DNA of 64,000 nt from Octopus vulgaris (taxonomy: Eukaryota): NCBI GenBank assembly GCA_951406725.2, contig OX597824.1, positions 54,870,001-54,934,000 of the forward strand, written 5' to 3'. Positions 38,431-51,988 of the stretch are shown here, in pieces. The position numbers and the translations under genes are program-made. Each line of letters opens with the position of its first letter. The first letter of the stretch is position 1. The notes under the pieces are model-generated. The model did not search any database. It was not told the DNA's origin and saw only the letters and a list, made by a program, of their open reading frames with translations.

Positions 38431-41400
38431 ATACGAATTTGTCTGCTTCTTTGTCTGCTCTTTCCTTTTCATGGGAGAGTTGCAGACATTTTTCAATTTC
38501 CAACAGTTTTATTTTCAGGCGGGACTTTTCACTGCTTTCAATTTGTTTGTTTAGGCGATTTGAAATTTTTGTACGCCGTCTCATTAAAATTTTCCTCTCT
38601 CTGGGGATTTTGTTCTTGTGTACAGTGGCCTTTCTCTCTGGGACACATTTGTAGCATATGGCTTGCATTACAGACATGAATTGTTGAAGTTTCACGTCGA
38701 TGTCTGGCGAGGAGAGACATTCAGGCCAGTTTTGTTTGAGGATCTCTTTCTCAATTTGTTTCCAGTTTGCCTTATGGAAGTTCAAGCTGGAAAGATTCTG
38801 AGGGTTTCTTGTAGGCTGCATGTCCATGCTTTCCTTTGGCCCGTACATGGTCAGCTCTACCATGTTGTGATCCGAGAGTAGTGTCGGTGTCACTTTCACA
38901 TTATGGATGAGATCCATATTATTTGTGAAGCAGAGATCCAGTGTGTTACCTGCTCTGGTTGGTTGGAGTATTACTTGCTCCATGTACAGGGTGTTGATGA
39001 GGTTCAGGAGGGACCTCGCCTGTCCTCGTTCACATCTTGTCATTCCTGGGAGAGAAAGGCCCTCGGGCCATCTGACATTGGGTAGATTGAAGTCTTCCAT
39101 AAGAAGTACATTTATGTGTTGTTCTAATGTGATTAGAACTTCTTCTATTTCTATAAGGCAGTCTTCAAACTTGCCTAAATGGCTTGGGGCATCTGGAGGG
39201 CGATATGTAGCACACACAACTACATCAAGTTGCCTTATATGTACAATTAGTGTGTCACACACCGAGTTTGAGTATGACAAAAGGACCTGGGGTGTGAGGT
39301 CCTCACGGGTGTACATAGCAACTCCTCCATGACTCCTTTCTTTTCTGTCGGTCCGTAGTACAACATACTGTGGTATGTGTAATTCCGCATCTGCTATGTC
39401 CGGTTTCAGGTGCGTTTCCGTAAGTGCTATGCATAAAGCTTGATTGCATGCAACAAAGTCTCTCAAGAACGGGATTTTTGTCCTGTTACTGAGTGTATGC
39501 AGTCCTCTGATGTTCAGTAGGAGCATCGAGGTGAGGTGTATGTTGTTGCCGGCGGTGTCCACCTTGGGTCTGTTTGCTGTGGTGGTGTTGTATATTGTGG
39601 GTAGTCCCATCTGCGAGCTTGGGTTTGAAGAAGCCAGGTTAGCTGCTGTACAATCTTTTGTGCCATGCACAAAAAAGATTCTTGCTCAGCAGCTGCCCTT
39701 TCAACAACATCATGTTGGCGGTTTGTGGCACGCACCACATCTGCGTACCTCCGTTTTGGGGCAGGTGGTGCCTGGTCCATCCCTTTTCCTTTTGTTGATG
39801 GTTTGTTTCTTATCTGTTTCGTGTCTCTGCGGCAGGGTTCCCGATGTTCGAAGCGGCAGCCTGCACCTTCCTCTCCATGCCAGCAGGTACCTCTCAGGTA
39901 GAACCTACACACCCGTGTGCGCTGTTTGTTTCCATCCTTTGTGGTTCCACTTTTATTCCTGGCTGTTTCACCCTTTGGTCCTGCTTGAGCTTTTCTTTTA
40001 GTCCTTCTTTTAGTTCTTCCTCCCTCTATTTCTTCCTTGGGTTCTTCATCTCCATGGCCTTTGTTGCTGGTAGGAGCACTTGCACTTGGGTTCACTTCCC
40101 GGGCAGGTTTCTCACTCAAAACCTCTTCCCGGGTGTCCACCAGGTGGGGGTGACTTCTTTCATCACCACCCGCGTCTCCATCCTTGCCATCTTTGCCCTG
40201 CTCGTTCTCAAAGATGGCATCAAGCGTGCCAATGTGCGATCGTACAAGCGCATAGGAGCGTATGAACTCCTGCTTCTTTCGCTCTATCTGAGCTATTGTC
40301 CTTTTATAACTGCCGCTCTTCAGCGCAGCCGTAATTACATTGTTAGGGTTATCGCATTTCCAGGCTCGTACGAACAACGCCAATTCGTCACGTCTCCAGG
40401 CTCTGGACATGTTGGATACTCTATCTATTTATCTATCTAATTATGTTCAAAATTCAATAGTGTGACAGAGGGCAGAGAAGAAGTAGAGAAAGAAAGTGAC
40501 TGTGTATTTAGAGAGATTGAGAGCTGAGAAAAGATAAGAAGATATCTTATTTATTTATCTACCTATTTATATCTGTCTAATTATATTTATTTATCTATCT
40601 AATTATATCTATCTATTATATCTAATTTATCTATCTAATTATATTTATTTATCTACCTAATTATACTTAAAATTTAATAGTGTGATGGAGGGTGGAGAAG
40701 AAATAGAGAAAGAAAGTGAGAAGGAAAGTGACTGTGTATTTAGAGAGATTGAGAGCTGTGCGACTATATATTTAGAGAAGTTGAGAAGGTGAGAGAGGAA
40801 AGATTGTGACAGAGAGAAGTGAAGAAGTGAAGAGACAAGTAAAGATTGAACGGCTGAAAGAAGAGAGATGGTGTGATAGAGAGAAGTAAAGAGACAGAGG
40901 GAGAAAGAGAAGAAAGAGAGGGGGTTACGAAGCTGCAATAAAAATGAAGGATTAAGAAAATGAAAGATTAAGAAAATGAAAGATTATTAAAGAGAGGAAA
41001 GAGAGGGGGTTACGAAACTGAGATAAAAATGAAAGATTAAGAAAAATGAGAGATTATTAACAGGAAAGCTGAAAATATACGCATATATATACACATATAC
41101 ACGTACACATACATATATACATATACACGTGCACATACATACACATATATACACAAGCGGAGAGAGAGAAATAGGAAATAATAGATTCTAAAATAAAGAC
41201 GGAAAGATTATTAAAGTTCGCGTCTATGCATATATACGTATACATATATACGTATACATATATACATACACGTGCACACACACACACACACATATATACA
41301 CAAACGGAGAGAGAGAGAAGGTGGAAGAAAAGAAAGTGAGGAAAATATATTAAAATATATTAAAGTGTGGAAAAGAAGGGGTTATTTAATCCTAAAGCTA

Positions 41401-41905
41401 ATTACAAGAAGATAGAGGTATGAAAACGAAGACAGAGATTGAAAGGGAGTTATTCTCCGAATGTAAACAAGGATGGCTTCGTAAATTTTAACGGAGATGC
41501 TAGCTTAAGTTAAGGGAGATAAAATAATAAATAAAATATGAAATAGAAGATGAAAGTGATACTTATCACAACGATGCAGTCTGAATCTTCGTGCTTTACG
41601 GAATTATTTTCCTTCACAGGAAAGATGTTTCTTTTTCTTTCTTACAGGAGATAAATTAATTTAATGAGTTGCCACCATGTGCGTTTTCGGCGAAATGAAA
41701 TTTACTGTATTACATTTGGCTTCAGGCAAAATATATTACGTTTTTGATTAATATATTTTTAACCAATGTGTTGTAGTAGACTTTATGAGTTAAAGTTTTA
41801 CGTTTTGTTACTTTCAGTAGATTATTTCGCCGATTTATGCAAACTTTTCTGTTTTTTTCACAGAGCAAAGGCAAAACACGTCTTTCTCTGCGAGAACCGG
41901 AACTA
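38430..41905 (-). mobile_element. CR1-group LINE 5' half: 5' UTR, ORF1 with CCCH finger (39514-40410), ORF2 APE domain (38429-39670), truncated before RT
   Basis: ORF1 has CRFYLRGTCWHGEEGAGCRFEH. APE motifs LNIRGL, LTETHL, GGVAMY, YRPP, EDFNLP, TLDL and SDH. Confidence 0.9.
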
Positions 41906-44855
41906 TATATATATAATATACATATATCAAATAATAGAGGTAAGTTTATATTTTATGAGATATAATATAAATATATTTATCTCATAATAGAGTTATGTTC
42001 ATATTTTATCTTATATAATATATATATATTTATCTCATATTAGAGTTGTGTATGATATATAATATAAACATATTTATCTCATAATAGTGTGAAGTTTATA
42101 TTTTTTGATATATAATATATATATATTTATCTCATCATATGATAAAATATGAACATAACTCTATTATGAGATAAATATATTTATCTTATATCTCATAAAA
42201 TATAAATTTGCCTCTCTATATATATATATTTATCTCATAATAGAGATAAGTTTATATATTTTGAGATATAATATAAATATATTTATCTCATAATAGAGTT
42301 ATGTTCATATTTTATCATATATAATATATATATATATTTATCTCATAATAGAGTTGTGTATGATATATATTATACACATATTTATCTCATAATGGTGTGA
42401 AGTTTATATTTTTTGATATATAATATATATATATTTATCTCAGCATAGAGTTAAGTTTATATTTTATGATAAATAATATATATATATATATTTATCTTAT
42501 AATATAGTTAAGTTTATATCTTTTGTAATATAATGTATAAATATAGATTTAGGTTTATATTTTACCATATATATTATATATATATTTATCTTATAATATA
42601 GTTAAGTTTATATTTTATGATATATAATATATATATATTAATCTTATAATAGCGTTAAGTTTATATATCAAATATAATATATATATATTTATCTTATAAT
42701 AGTGTTAAGTTTATATTTTATGATATATAATACATATATAGAATGGTTGTATACTGTCAATCAAACGTGAACGTGACAGTAGGGGATTACACCACCGCTG
42801 TTTAGCATCGACGCTTCCGGATGGCTTTGACACATTTTTTTATCTGTGTCCTTGCTGCAGGCGGTGTTTGTCTCCCCATCGTAAATATATAAGAACACAG
42901 GGGAAAAAATGTGTCGAAGCCATCAGGAAGCGTTCTATCGCCCCACCACCGTACATATCTCTATGAGATATTTAGAAATTATATATGATAAAATATAAAC
43001 TTAACTCTATTATAAGATAAATATATATATATTATATATCATAAAATATAAACTTAACACTATTATAAGATAATTATGTATATATTATATATCATACACA
43101 ACTCTATTATGAGATAAATATATATATATTATATATCAAAAAAATATAAACTCTATTATAAGATATATATATATATAGTATATATCATAAAATATAAACT
43201 TAACTCTGAGATTAATATATATATATTATATATAATAAAATACAAATTTAACTCTATGATGAGATAAATATATATGTTTATCTTATAATAGAGTTAAGTT
43301 TATATGTTATTATATATAATATATATATATATTTATCTTATAATATAGTTGTTTATATTTTTTGATAAATAATATATATATATATATATATCAGAATAGA
43401 GTTGTGTATGATATATAATATATACATATTTATCTCATAATAGTGTTAAGTTTCTATTTTATGATATATTATATATATATTTATAATATAATATATATAT
43501 ATAAATATACTTATCCCATAATAGAGTTGTGTATGATATATAATATATACATATTTATCTGACAATAGAGTTAAGTTTATATTTTATGATATATAATCTC
43601 TCTCTATATAAACGGCAGTTTGTCTGTGCGTTTTCTGTGTGTCTGTTTTCTCGTACCCTCACCCTGACCACGGCTTTCAACCGATTCTGATGAAACTTGA
43701 CACACACATAGCCCAATGTCATAATTCAAAACTAACGCAGCGAAAATTTTGAAAAGTTCCCCCAGTTCAGAAAAAGATCGATAAATTCGACATGGGGTCG
43801 ACAATCAGAAACACAAACCACAGATGGTGTAGGGGACGCAACTCGGCCTTTTTAACTATCAAAAAAAATTTACCATCATTTTTTCCCCATTTTTTTTGCT
43901 ATTTTTTGGCTATAACTCTCTAAAAGTGCTTTATAGTTATTTCCCTTACAAACCCGAGCAACGCCGGGCGATACTGCTAGTATATATATAATTATTCTAT
44001 ATTAGATTTGAGTTTATATTTTTTGATATATAATATATATATATTTATCACATAATAGAGTTAAGTTTATATTTAATCATATATAATATATATGTATTTA
44101 TCTCATAATAGAGTTGTCTATATTTTATGGTATAAAATATAAGCAACTCTACTATAAGATAAATATATATACTTAAAATTTTAGGAGATAAATATGTATA
44201 TATTATATATCATACACTATTATGGAATAAATATATATATATTATATATCATATAATATAAACTTAACTCTATTATAAGATAAATCGATATATACTATAT
44301 ATGATAAAATATAAACTTAACTCTTTTATGATAAATATATATATATTATATATCATACACAACTCTATATATATATTGTATATCATAAAATATAAACTTA
44401 ACACTATTCTGACATAAATATATATATATCATATATCAAAAAATATAAACTTAACTCTATTATGAGATTAATATAAAAATATTATATATAATAAAATACA
44501 AATTTAACTCTATGATGAGATAAATATATATATATATTATATATCATAAAATATATTAGATAAATATATATATATATGTTTATCTTATAATAGAGTTAAG
44601 TTAATATTTTATGATATATAATATATCTTTATCTTATAATAGAGTTGTTTATATTTTTGATCTATAATATATTGTATTTATCTTTTAAAAGAGTTTATAT
44701 TTTTTGTTATATAATATATAGATATTTATCTTATAATAGAGTTAGGTTTATATTTTATAATATATATTTTTCTCATCATAGAGTTTAGTTTATATTTTAT
44801 CATATATAATATATTTATCTTATAATATAGTTAAGTCAATATTTTATGATATATG

Positions 44856-44899
<44 letters not shown>

Positions 44900-45490
44900 T
44901 TATCTCAGAATAGAGTTGTGTATGAAATATAATATATACATATTTGTCCCATAATAGTGTAAAGTTTATATTTGATGATATATAATATATATATATTTAT
45001 AATATAATATATATGTAAAAACTTATTTCAAATTAGAATATGATATATAATATATTTAAATATTTATCTCATAATAGAGTTGTTTATGTTTTATGATATA
45101 TAATATATATATATTTATCTCATCATGGAGTTAAGCTTGTATTTTATGATATATAATGTATATATTTATCTCATAATAGAGTTAAGTTTATATTTTATCA
45201 TATATAATATATATATATGTTTGTCTTATAATGTAGTTCTTTATATTTTATGATTTATAATATATATATATTTATCTTATAATAGAGTTAAGTTTATATT
45301 ATTTGATATATATTATCTGCCATATAATTAAGTTTGTAATTTATGATATATAATATATATACATTTGTCTTACAATATAGATAAATATAAATATATTATA
45401 TATCATAAAATATAAACAACTCTGAGATAAATATATATATATTATATATCATTAAATATAAACTTAGCTCCATTATAAGATAAATATATA
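41905..45490. repeat. AT-rich ~45-50-bp minisatellite in alternating orientations (also 47966-48330 and 49990-50030)
   Basis: Unit approximately tatatttatctcataatagagttaagtttatattttatgatatataata, plus its reverse complement. Confidence 0.85.
43597..43980 (+). mobile_element. Non-autonomous Helitron
   Basis: 5' TC..TATATAAA; 3' cccgagcaacgccgggcgatactgCTAG; A|T insertion site. Confidence 0.85.
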
Positions 45491-45800
45491 TCTTTATATA
45501 TATAAAACTGAGCATGTGTGTCTGTCTGTCTGTCTGTGTGTTTCCTTAAAACTTGAGAACTACATAACCAATTTCATTCAAATTTTACATATCCCTTACA
45601 TAGGGAGTGTCATTGGCAAAAAAAAAATGTTCAACTTCTTGCCTAGAGCGAGCCCATAGCAATATCATATCTTCTCCACTATTTCAGTATTACGTGTTAA
45701 AAGTGAAACAAAAATATTTCTCTATTTTATGTCAGAGGCTTTCACTTTAACAATAAAAATTGAATTATATGTTGTAAGTAATAATTAAAATTGAATTATA

Positions 45801-45835
<35 letters not shown>

Positions 45836-47965
45836 GTTTAACGTCCGTTTTCCGCGCTAGCACGGGTTGGACGGTTTCGACCGGGGTCTGGGGAGCTCGG
45901 GACTGCCCCAGGCTCCAGTCTAGTCTGGCAGTGTTTCTACAGCTGGATGCCCTTCCTAACGCCAACCACTCCGCGAGTGTAGTGGGTGTTTTTTACGTGC
46001 CACCTGCACAGGTGCCAGAGGGGTCTGGCATCGGCCACGTTCGGATGGTGCTTTTTATGGGGGGGTGCAGAAATATAGGGGAGCACCAGTGGGAGGGGTG
46101 GTTCAGAGGACAGGTACTAGGCAAGTAGAACGTAGGATATCGAGAGAGGGGTAATGCATGGTGAAATAGCGTATTGAAGAGGGGGTTCAAAGAGTAGACA
46201 CCTATAATGGTGGTGGGGGGTGCAGAAATATAGGGGAGCACCAGTGGGAGGGGTGGTTCAGAGGACAGGTTCTAGGCAAGTAGAACGTAGGATATCGAGA
46301 GAGGGGTAATGCATGGTGAAATAGCGTATTGAAGAGGGGGGTTCAAAGAGTAGACACCTATAATGGTGGTGGGGGGTGCAGAAATATAGGGGAGCACCAG
46401 TGGGAGGGGTGGTTCAGAGGACAGGTTCTAGGTAAGTAGAACGTAGGATATCGAGAGAGGGGTAATGCATGGTGAAATAGCGTATTGAAGAGGGGGGTTC
46501 AAAGAGTAGACACCTATAATGGTGGTGGGGGGTGTGCAGAAATATAGGGGAGCACCAGTGGGAGGGGTGGTTCAGAGGACAGGTTCTAGGCAAGTAGAAC
46601 GTAGGATATCGAGAGAGGGGTAATGCATGGTGAAATAGCGTATTGAAGAGGGGGGTTCAAAGAGTAGACACCTATAATGGTGGTGGGAGAAACGACATCC
46701 GGTATAGTTGGAGCAAAATAGAGATATCCAGTATTGGTGGTGGGGGTGGGTAGGGCGGGCGCGCCGCGAAGAATCGGCAGCCAATTTCTAATCAGTCCTG
46801 TAAGGGAGATAGATCTTAAATATCTATAACGATAACTAGTGAATTATACAGAATACAGAATATGCAAAAACGAGGCGAGGCTGAAATAGTAAACAGAGTG
46901 GCGACTAGGGGGATCAGAATAATAATAATTAATAAATAATAATAATAAATAGAGATACGGATGAATTAAAGTTCAAAGATTTCTTATCTTGGGATCACTT
47001 CGTTTACGGACAGACTTGGCAAAAGGAATTCGGAATCAAGAATGAGGCAGGTTACTAGCTTAAGTATGCATAGCCATGGCGAGGGGTAGGAAGAGAGGAG
47101 TCCAGACAGACGACAATGTAAAAAGAGGGGGAGAGAAGGGAAGAGAAAAACCCCGCGAAGAATCGGCAGCCAATTTCTAATCAGTCCTGTAAGGGAGATA
47201 CATCTTAAATATCTATAACGATAACTAGTGAATTATACAGAATACAGAATATGCAAAAACGAGGCGAGGCTGAAATAGTAAACAGAGTGGCGACTAGGGG
47301 CATCAGTTGTAAGTAATAATTAAAATCAAACTAAAGTATAATATAATCGTAACATAACAAAAGTAAAAATAGCAATTGGTATAAAATTGCTTCAATGACT
47401 TGAACTTGAATAAGTAGTTTCACATGAAAGGGAATAAAAGATTAAGTTAAAGAAAAGACTATTGTCTATACAATGCTGAGAAAAAACATTTGAACACATG
47501 GAGGAACGCACCTTCGAAAAGTGTCTTGGTGCGACTATGAAAGATATCTAATCAGAGGCGGTAAATTCGCCACAATAGAAGCAAGGTTTGAGTCAACGGT
47601 GCGTGCAAGGGAGTACTCGACTCGAACTTGCAAAGTGAAAATATTTTATTTTTACCTTTGTAGGACGTCCTGGATAAAAATTAAAAATGCCCCCCTTCCG
47701 CCCCAGAAGTAGAGGTAGGCTGGATTGTAGCCACACTTCTATACAAGAGGGAGGACAAGATACAATTGATCGAAATTACAAGAGACGGGCTAACAATTCC
47801 TGTCTGTTATATATTTTGAATATTGTTATCACTAGCGATATCAAGATATAACTTTGTATTTTGTATTTTATGTGTAGATGTATATATATAGATGTACATG
47901 TAATACGTACACATATATATATGCACTAGCACTATGACCTGGCAACGACGGGTCTTTAATGCTAG
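45491..47965 (+). mobile_element. Non-autonomous Helitron (same family as 32717) interrupted by an RTE-type insert
   Basis: Same 5' tctttatatatataaaactgag, LINE-ORF1-like fragment at 47440-47790, and 3' hairpin + CTAG. Confidence 0.85.
45804..47306 (-). mobile_element. Non-coding RTE-type retroposon with (GAT)n tail and internal tandem repeats
   Basis: (cat)n followed by gtttaacgtccg...ctggatgcccttcctaacgccaacc. It contains about four ~160-bp units at 46058-46690 and a ~150-bp direct repeat (46763-46915 / 47153-47305). The RTE assignment comes from familiarity with the 3' end. Confidence 0.65.
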
Positions 47966-48329
47966 TATATCATAAAATATAAACTTAACTCTATAATAAG
48001 ATAAATATATATATATATTATATATCATAAAATATAAACTTAACTCTATTATAAGATAAATATATATGTATGATATATCATAAAATAAAAACTTAACCCT
48101 ATTATAAGATAAATATATATATATTATATATCATAAAGTATAAACTTAACTCTATTACAAGTTAAATGTATATATATTATATATCATAAAATATAAACTT
48201 AACTCTATTACAAGATAAATGTATATATATTATATATCATAAAAAATAAACAACTCTATTATAACATAGATATATATATATTATATATCATAAAATATAA
48301 GATATATATAAGATATATATATTATATAT

Positions 48330-49985
48330 ATCTAGCTACTGGCCCCGATGGATTCCCGGCAATCCTCCTAAAAGCATGTAAGAGAGTCCTAGCAAGACCA
48401 CTGCAGTTCCTCTTTCAGAGCTTCCTTGCAGCTGGCAAACTTCCAGGAAAACTGAAGGAAGGTAAAATATGCCCCATTCATAAAGGAGGTAGCAGAGCGG
48501 AAGCCAAGAACTATAGACCTATCTCTCTGACCTCACACATCAGCAAGGTCATGGAACGAATAGTCAGAAGGAAGCTGATCACCTTCCTTGAAGAGAATGA
48601 CTTGCTGCCCGACACCCAACATGGTTTCCGACCAGGGAGAAGCTGTTTAACTCAGCTCCTACAACACTATGACTGGGTGCTGAAACGGCTGCTCAACCAC
48701 TCAAATGTGGAAGTCATATATCTCGACTTTGCAAAGGCCTTTGATAAAGTCGATCATGGAATGATATGTCACAAACTGCGTGATCTCAACATAGTTGGAA
48801 AACTGGGAGAATGGCTTCATGACTTTCTGAAGGATAGAAGTCAGGTGGTAGTAGCCAATGGGGCCACCTCCATTAACACACAAATAGTGAGCGGTGTTCC
48901 GCAGGGCACTGTTCTGGGACCACTACTGTTCATAATGGCCCTCTCAGACATGCCCTCAGCCACGCAGAGAGCCACGATCACAAGTTATGCAGATGATACA
49001 AAAGTCTCACAGGCAATACAGAACCCTGAGGACACTAAACACCTGCAATGTGAGCTGGACGAAATATACAAGTGGGCTGAAAAGAATAGCATGCAGTTCA
49101 ATGCTGGAAAGTTTCAAGCTTTATACTATCAGCATGCAAAACTGAATGCAATACCCAATGAATACACTGGACCCGGAGGGATTGCAATCCCAGAGGCACA
49201 ATCAGTGCGTGACCTTGGTATTCACATGAGTGATGACGCGACCTTTCATGTACATGTTGCTAAACTGACAATGAAATGTAGACGGCTGGCTGGATGGATT
49301 CTTAGAACCTTTAGAACAAGAGAACAAGAAACCATGATGGTCCTCTGGAAGACACTTGTCCTAAGCCACTTTGACTATTGCTCTCAGCTATGGTCACCAT
49401 CCAGTGTCAAGTTGATCACAGAACTTGAGGCGATCCAACGAAGCTACACAAAGAAGATAGCCTCTATGCAGAATGTAAGCTACTGGGAAAGACTCAAGAG
49501 ATTAAAATTATATTCCCTGGAGCGTAGGCGGGAAAGATATGCCATAATATACATCTGGAAGATCCTGGAGGGAAGTGTCCTGAACTTTGGCATCGAGAGT
49601 TACGCAAATGCCAGAACTGGGCGCCATTGCGTGGTGCCTAGGATTCCAAACCTGCCATCAAGATGTAGGACAAGATTCTGTGATAGCCTGGGCTTCCGAG
49701 GCCCACAGCTCTTCAATATCCTCCCGAAGAACCTGAGAGACCTGCATGGGGTGGATACAGATGTCTTTAAAATGAAGCTGGATCTCTTCCTGTCAGGTGT
49801 CCCAGATGAACCAACTTCACGGCAGGAGGGGCAGATGAGGGCAGCTGCATCGAACTCTCTCATGCACCAAATAGCAGTTGCTAGAAAGCCTCCATGAAGT
49901 GAAACCAAGTAGCAACACCAAATGGCGGTGCCCCAGCATGGCCACAGCTCATAAGCTGAAACTAGAATCAATCAATCAATCAATC
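48330..49985 (+). mobile_element. CR1-group LINE 3' half with uninterrupted RT ORF
   Basis: GPDG, YRPISL, QHGFRPGRSC, YLDFAKAFDKV, SGVPQGTVLGP and YADD; stop at 49897; (ATCA)n tail. Confidence 0.94.
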
Positions 49986-50032
49986 ATATATTATAAAATA
50001 TAAACTTAACTCTATTATAAGATACATTTTAT

Positions 50033-50180
50033 ATCATCATCATCATCATCATCATTTAGCGTCCATTCTCCATGCTAGCATGGGTTGGACGGTTCAACTG
50101 GGGTCTGTGAAGCTGGAAGGCTTCATCAGGCCCAGTCAGATCTGGCAGTGTTTCTACGGCTGGATGCCCTTCCTAGCGCC
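50033..50180 (-). mobile_element. RTE-type 3' end fragment
   Basis: (cat)n plus homology to 45835-45965. Confidence 0.65.
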
Positions 50181-50296
50181 ATTTTTTATTAATTAGTTTT
50201 TTATTGATTAGTTTTATTTCTATGTATTGGTTTATCATTTTCACTGTTTGATTTGCCTAAAAGTGGTTTTATCTCTAATTTAATATATATATGTAA

Positions 50297-50335
<39 letters not shown>

Positions 50336-50343
50336 ATAGAAGG

Positions 50344-50394
50344 AGCTTCTACAGGACTAGAACTGTTTCATTCAAATGAAATCATCAGGAAGCC
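50344..50394 (-). ncRNA. Type I hammerhead ribozyme motif in a short PLE-like island (50335-50545)
   Basis: GGCUUC-CUGAUGA-UUUCAUUUGAAU-GAAA-CAG(uucuaguc)CUG-UA-GAAGCU; stem II is weak. Confidence 0.65.
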
Positions 50395-50547
50395 AATTGG
50401 TTTAAAGGAGTGGTGGTGGGGGACTTTTTGGGGGTAGACATGGCGCAAACTATCATTCTTAGGGGAGTGGTCAAAGGAATCAGTGATAAAGTAGATAAAA
50501 GAATAAATAGAATAATAGAGTTTTAGGTAAATAAGAAGACTCTCACT

Positions 50548-50581
<34 letters not shown>

Positions 50582-50648
50582 CACACACACATGTATATAT
50601 ATACACATACACACACACATACATATATATATATATACATATATATAC

Positions 50649-50679
<31 letters not shown>

Positions 50680-50831
50680 CATATACATATATACGCACAC
50701 ATACACACATACATCCATATACACATGTACATATGCACCCATTTACATACATCTACGTACACTCATATCTCTACACACATATATAAGAAAATATAAAGGA
50801 GGATATACACCCCCATACTCACACGCTCACA

Positions 50832-50902
<71 letters not shown>

Positions 50903-51777
50903 GCATACATATATGCATACACATATATATACATACACATACATACACACATACATACCCACACTTATACATATATATATATATATACACATATATATAC
51001 ACACACATATATATATATATACACATACATACATATATACATACACATACGTATGCATATACATGCACACACATACACACACGTTTCTTCCCTAATTTTA
51101 ATTTTATCTTTATCTTTATTTTTATTTTGACTTCGACTCACCAGGCCAGCTCTCCCAAGGGAGCAAGCCTGGTCGGCCTAAAGACACCATTTATTGCCCT
51201 TCTACCTTCCTTTCTATCTTTTTTCCACTGATACGAACACAAACACTCACACACGCACACACACACACACATGCACACTCATACACATACACAAACGCAC
51301 GTGTTATATTCATACATACATAAGTGTACCGACTTTCACATAAACGTACACATAACTATGTACACACAAAACCACATACACATATATATACATATACATA
51401 TATATACATATACATATATATACACATACATATACATACACATATATATATATATACACATACACGCACACACATGCGCATACCAATACACATACGCATA
51501 TTTACGCACATACACGCACACACATCTATCAACCAGTCCATACATATACACATACATACATACATATACATGTATATATACTCATACATATATACACATA
51601 TATACACATACACCTATATACACATATATATATATATATATATATATATGTATACACATATACCCATACATATACGTACACACACATCTACATACACATA
51701 CATATACATCCGTACGCACACCCTATTACATGCATACATCCACACGGAGGTATACAGGCATCTACACACATGCATAT

Positions 51778-51848
<71 letters not shown>

Positions 51849-51940
51849 GAAATATATATATATATATATATATAATGAAATAAAACGATTTCTGTTCAAT
51901 CTTCGTTCAGCTCCATTTCTTCAATTCACCAATAATATTT

Positions 51941-51984
<44 letters not shown>

Positions 51985-51988
<4 letters not shown>

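Noticed and set aside
47153-47306. HDV-like ribozyme at the 5' end of the RTE-type element
   Set aside because: I could not assemble the nested double pseudoknot by eye; a descriptor search would be needed.
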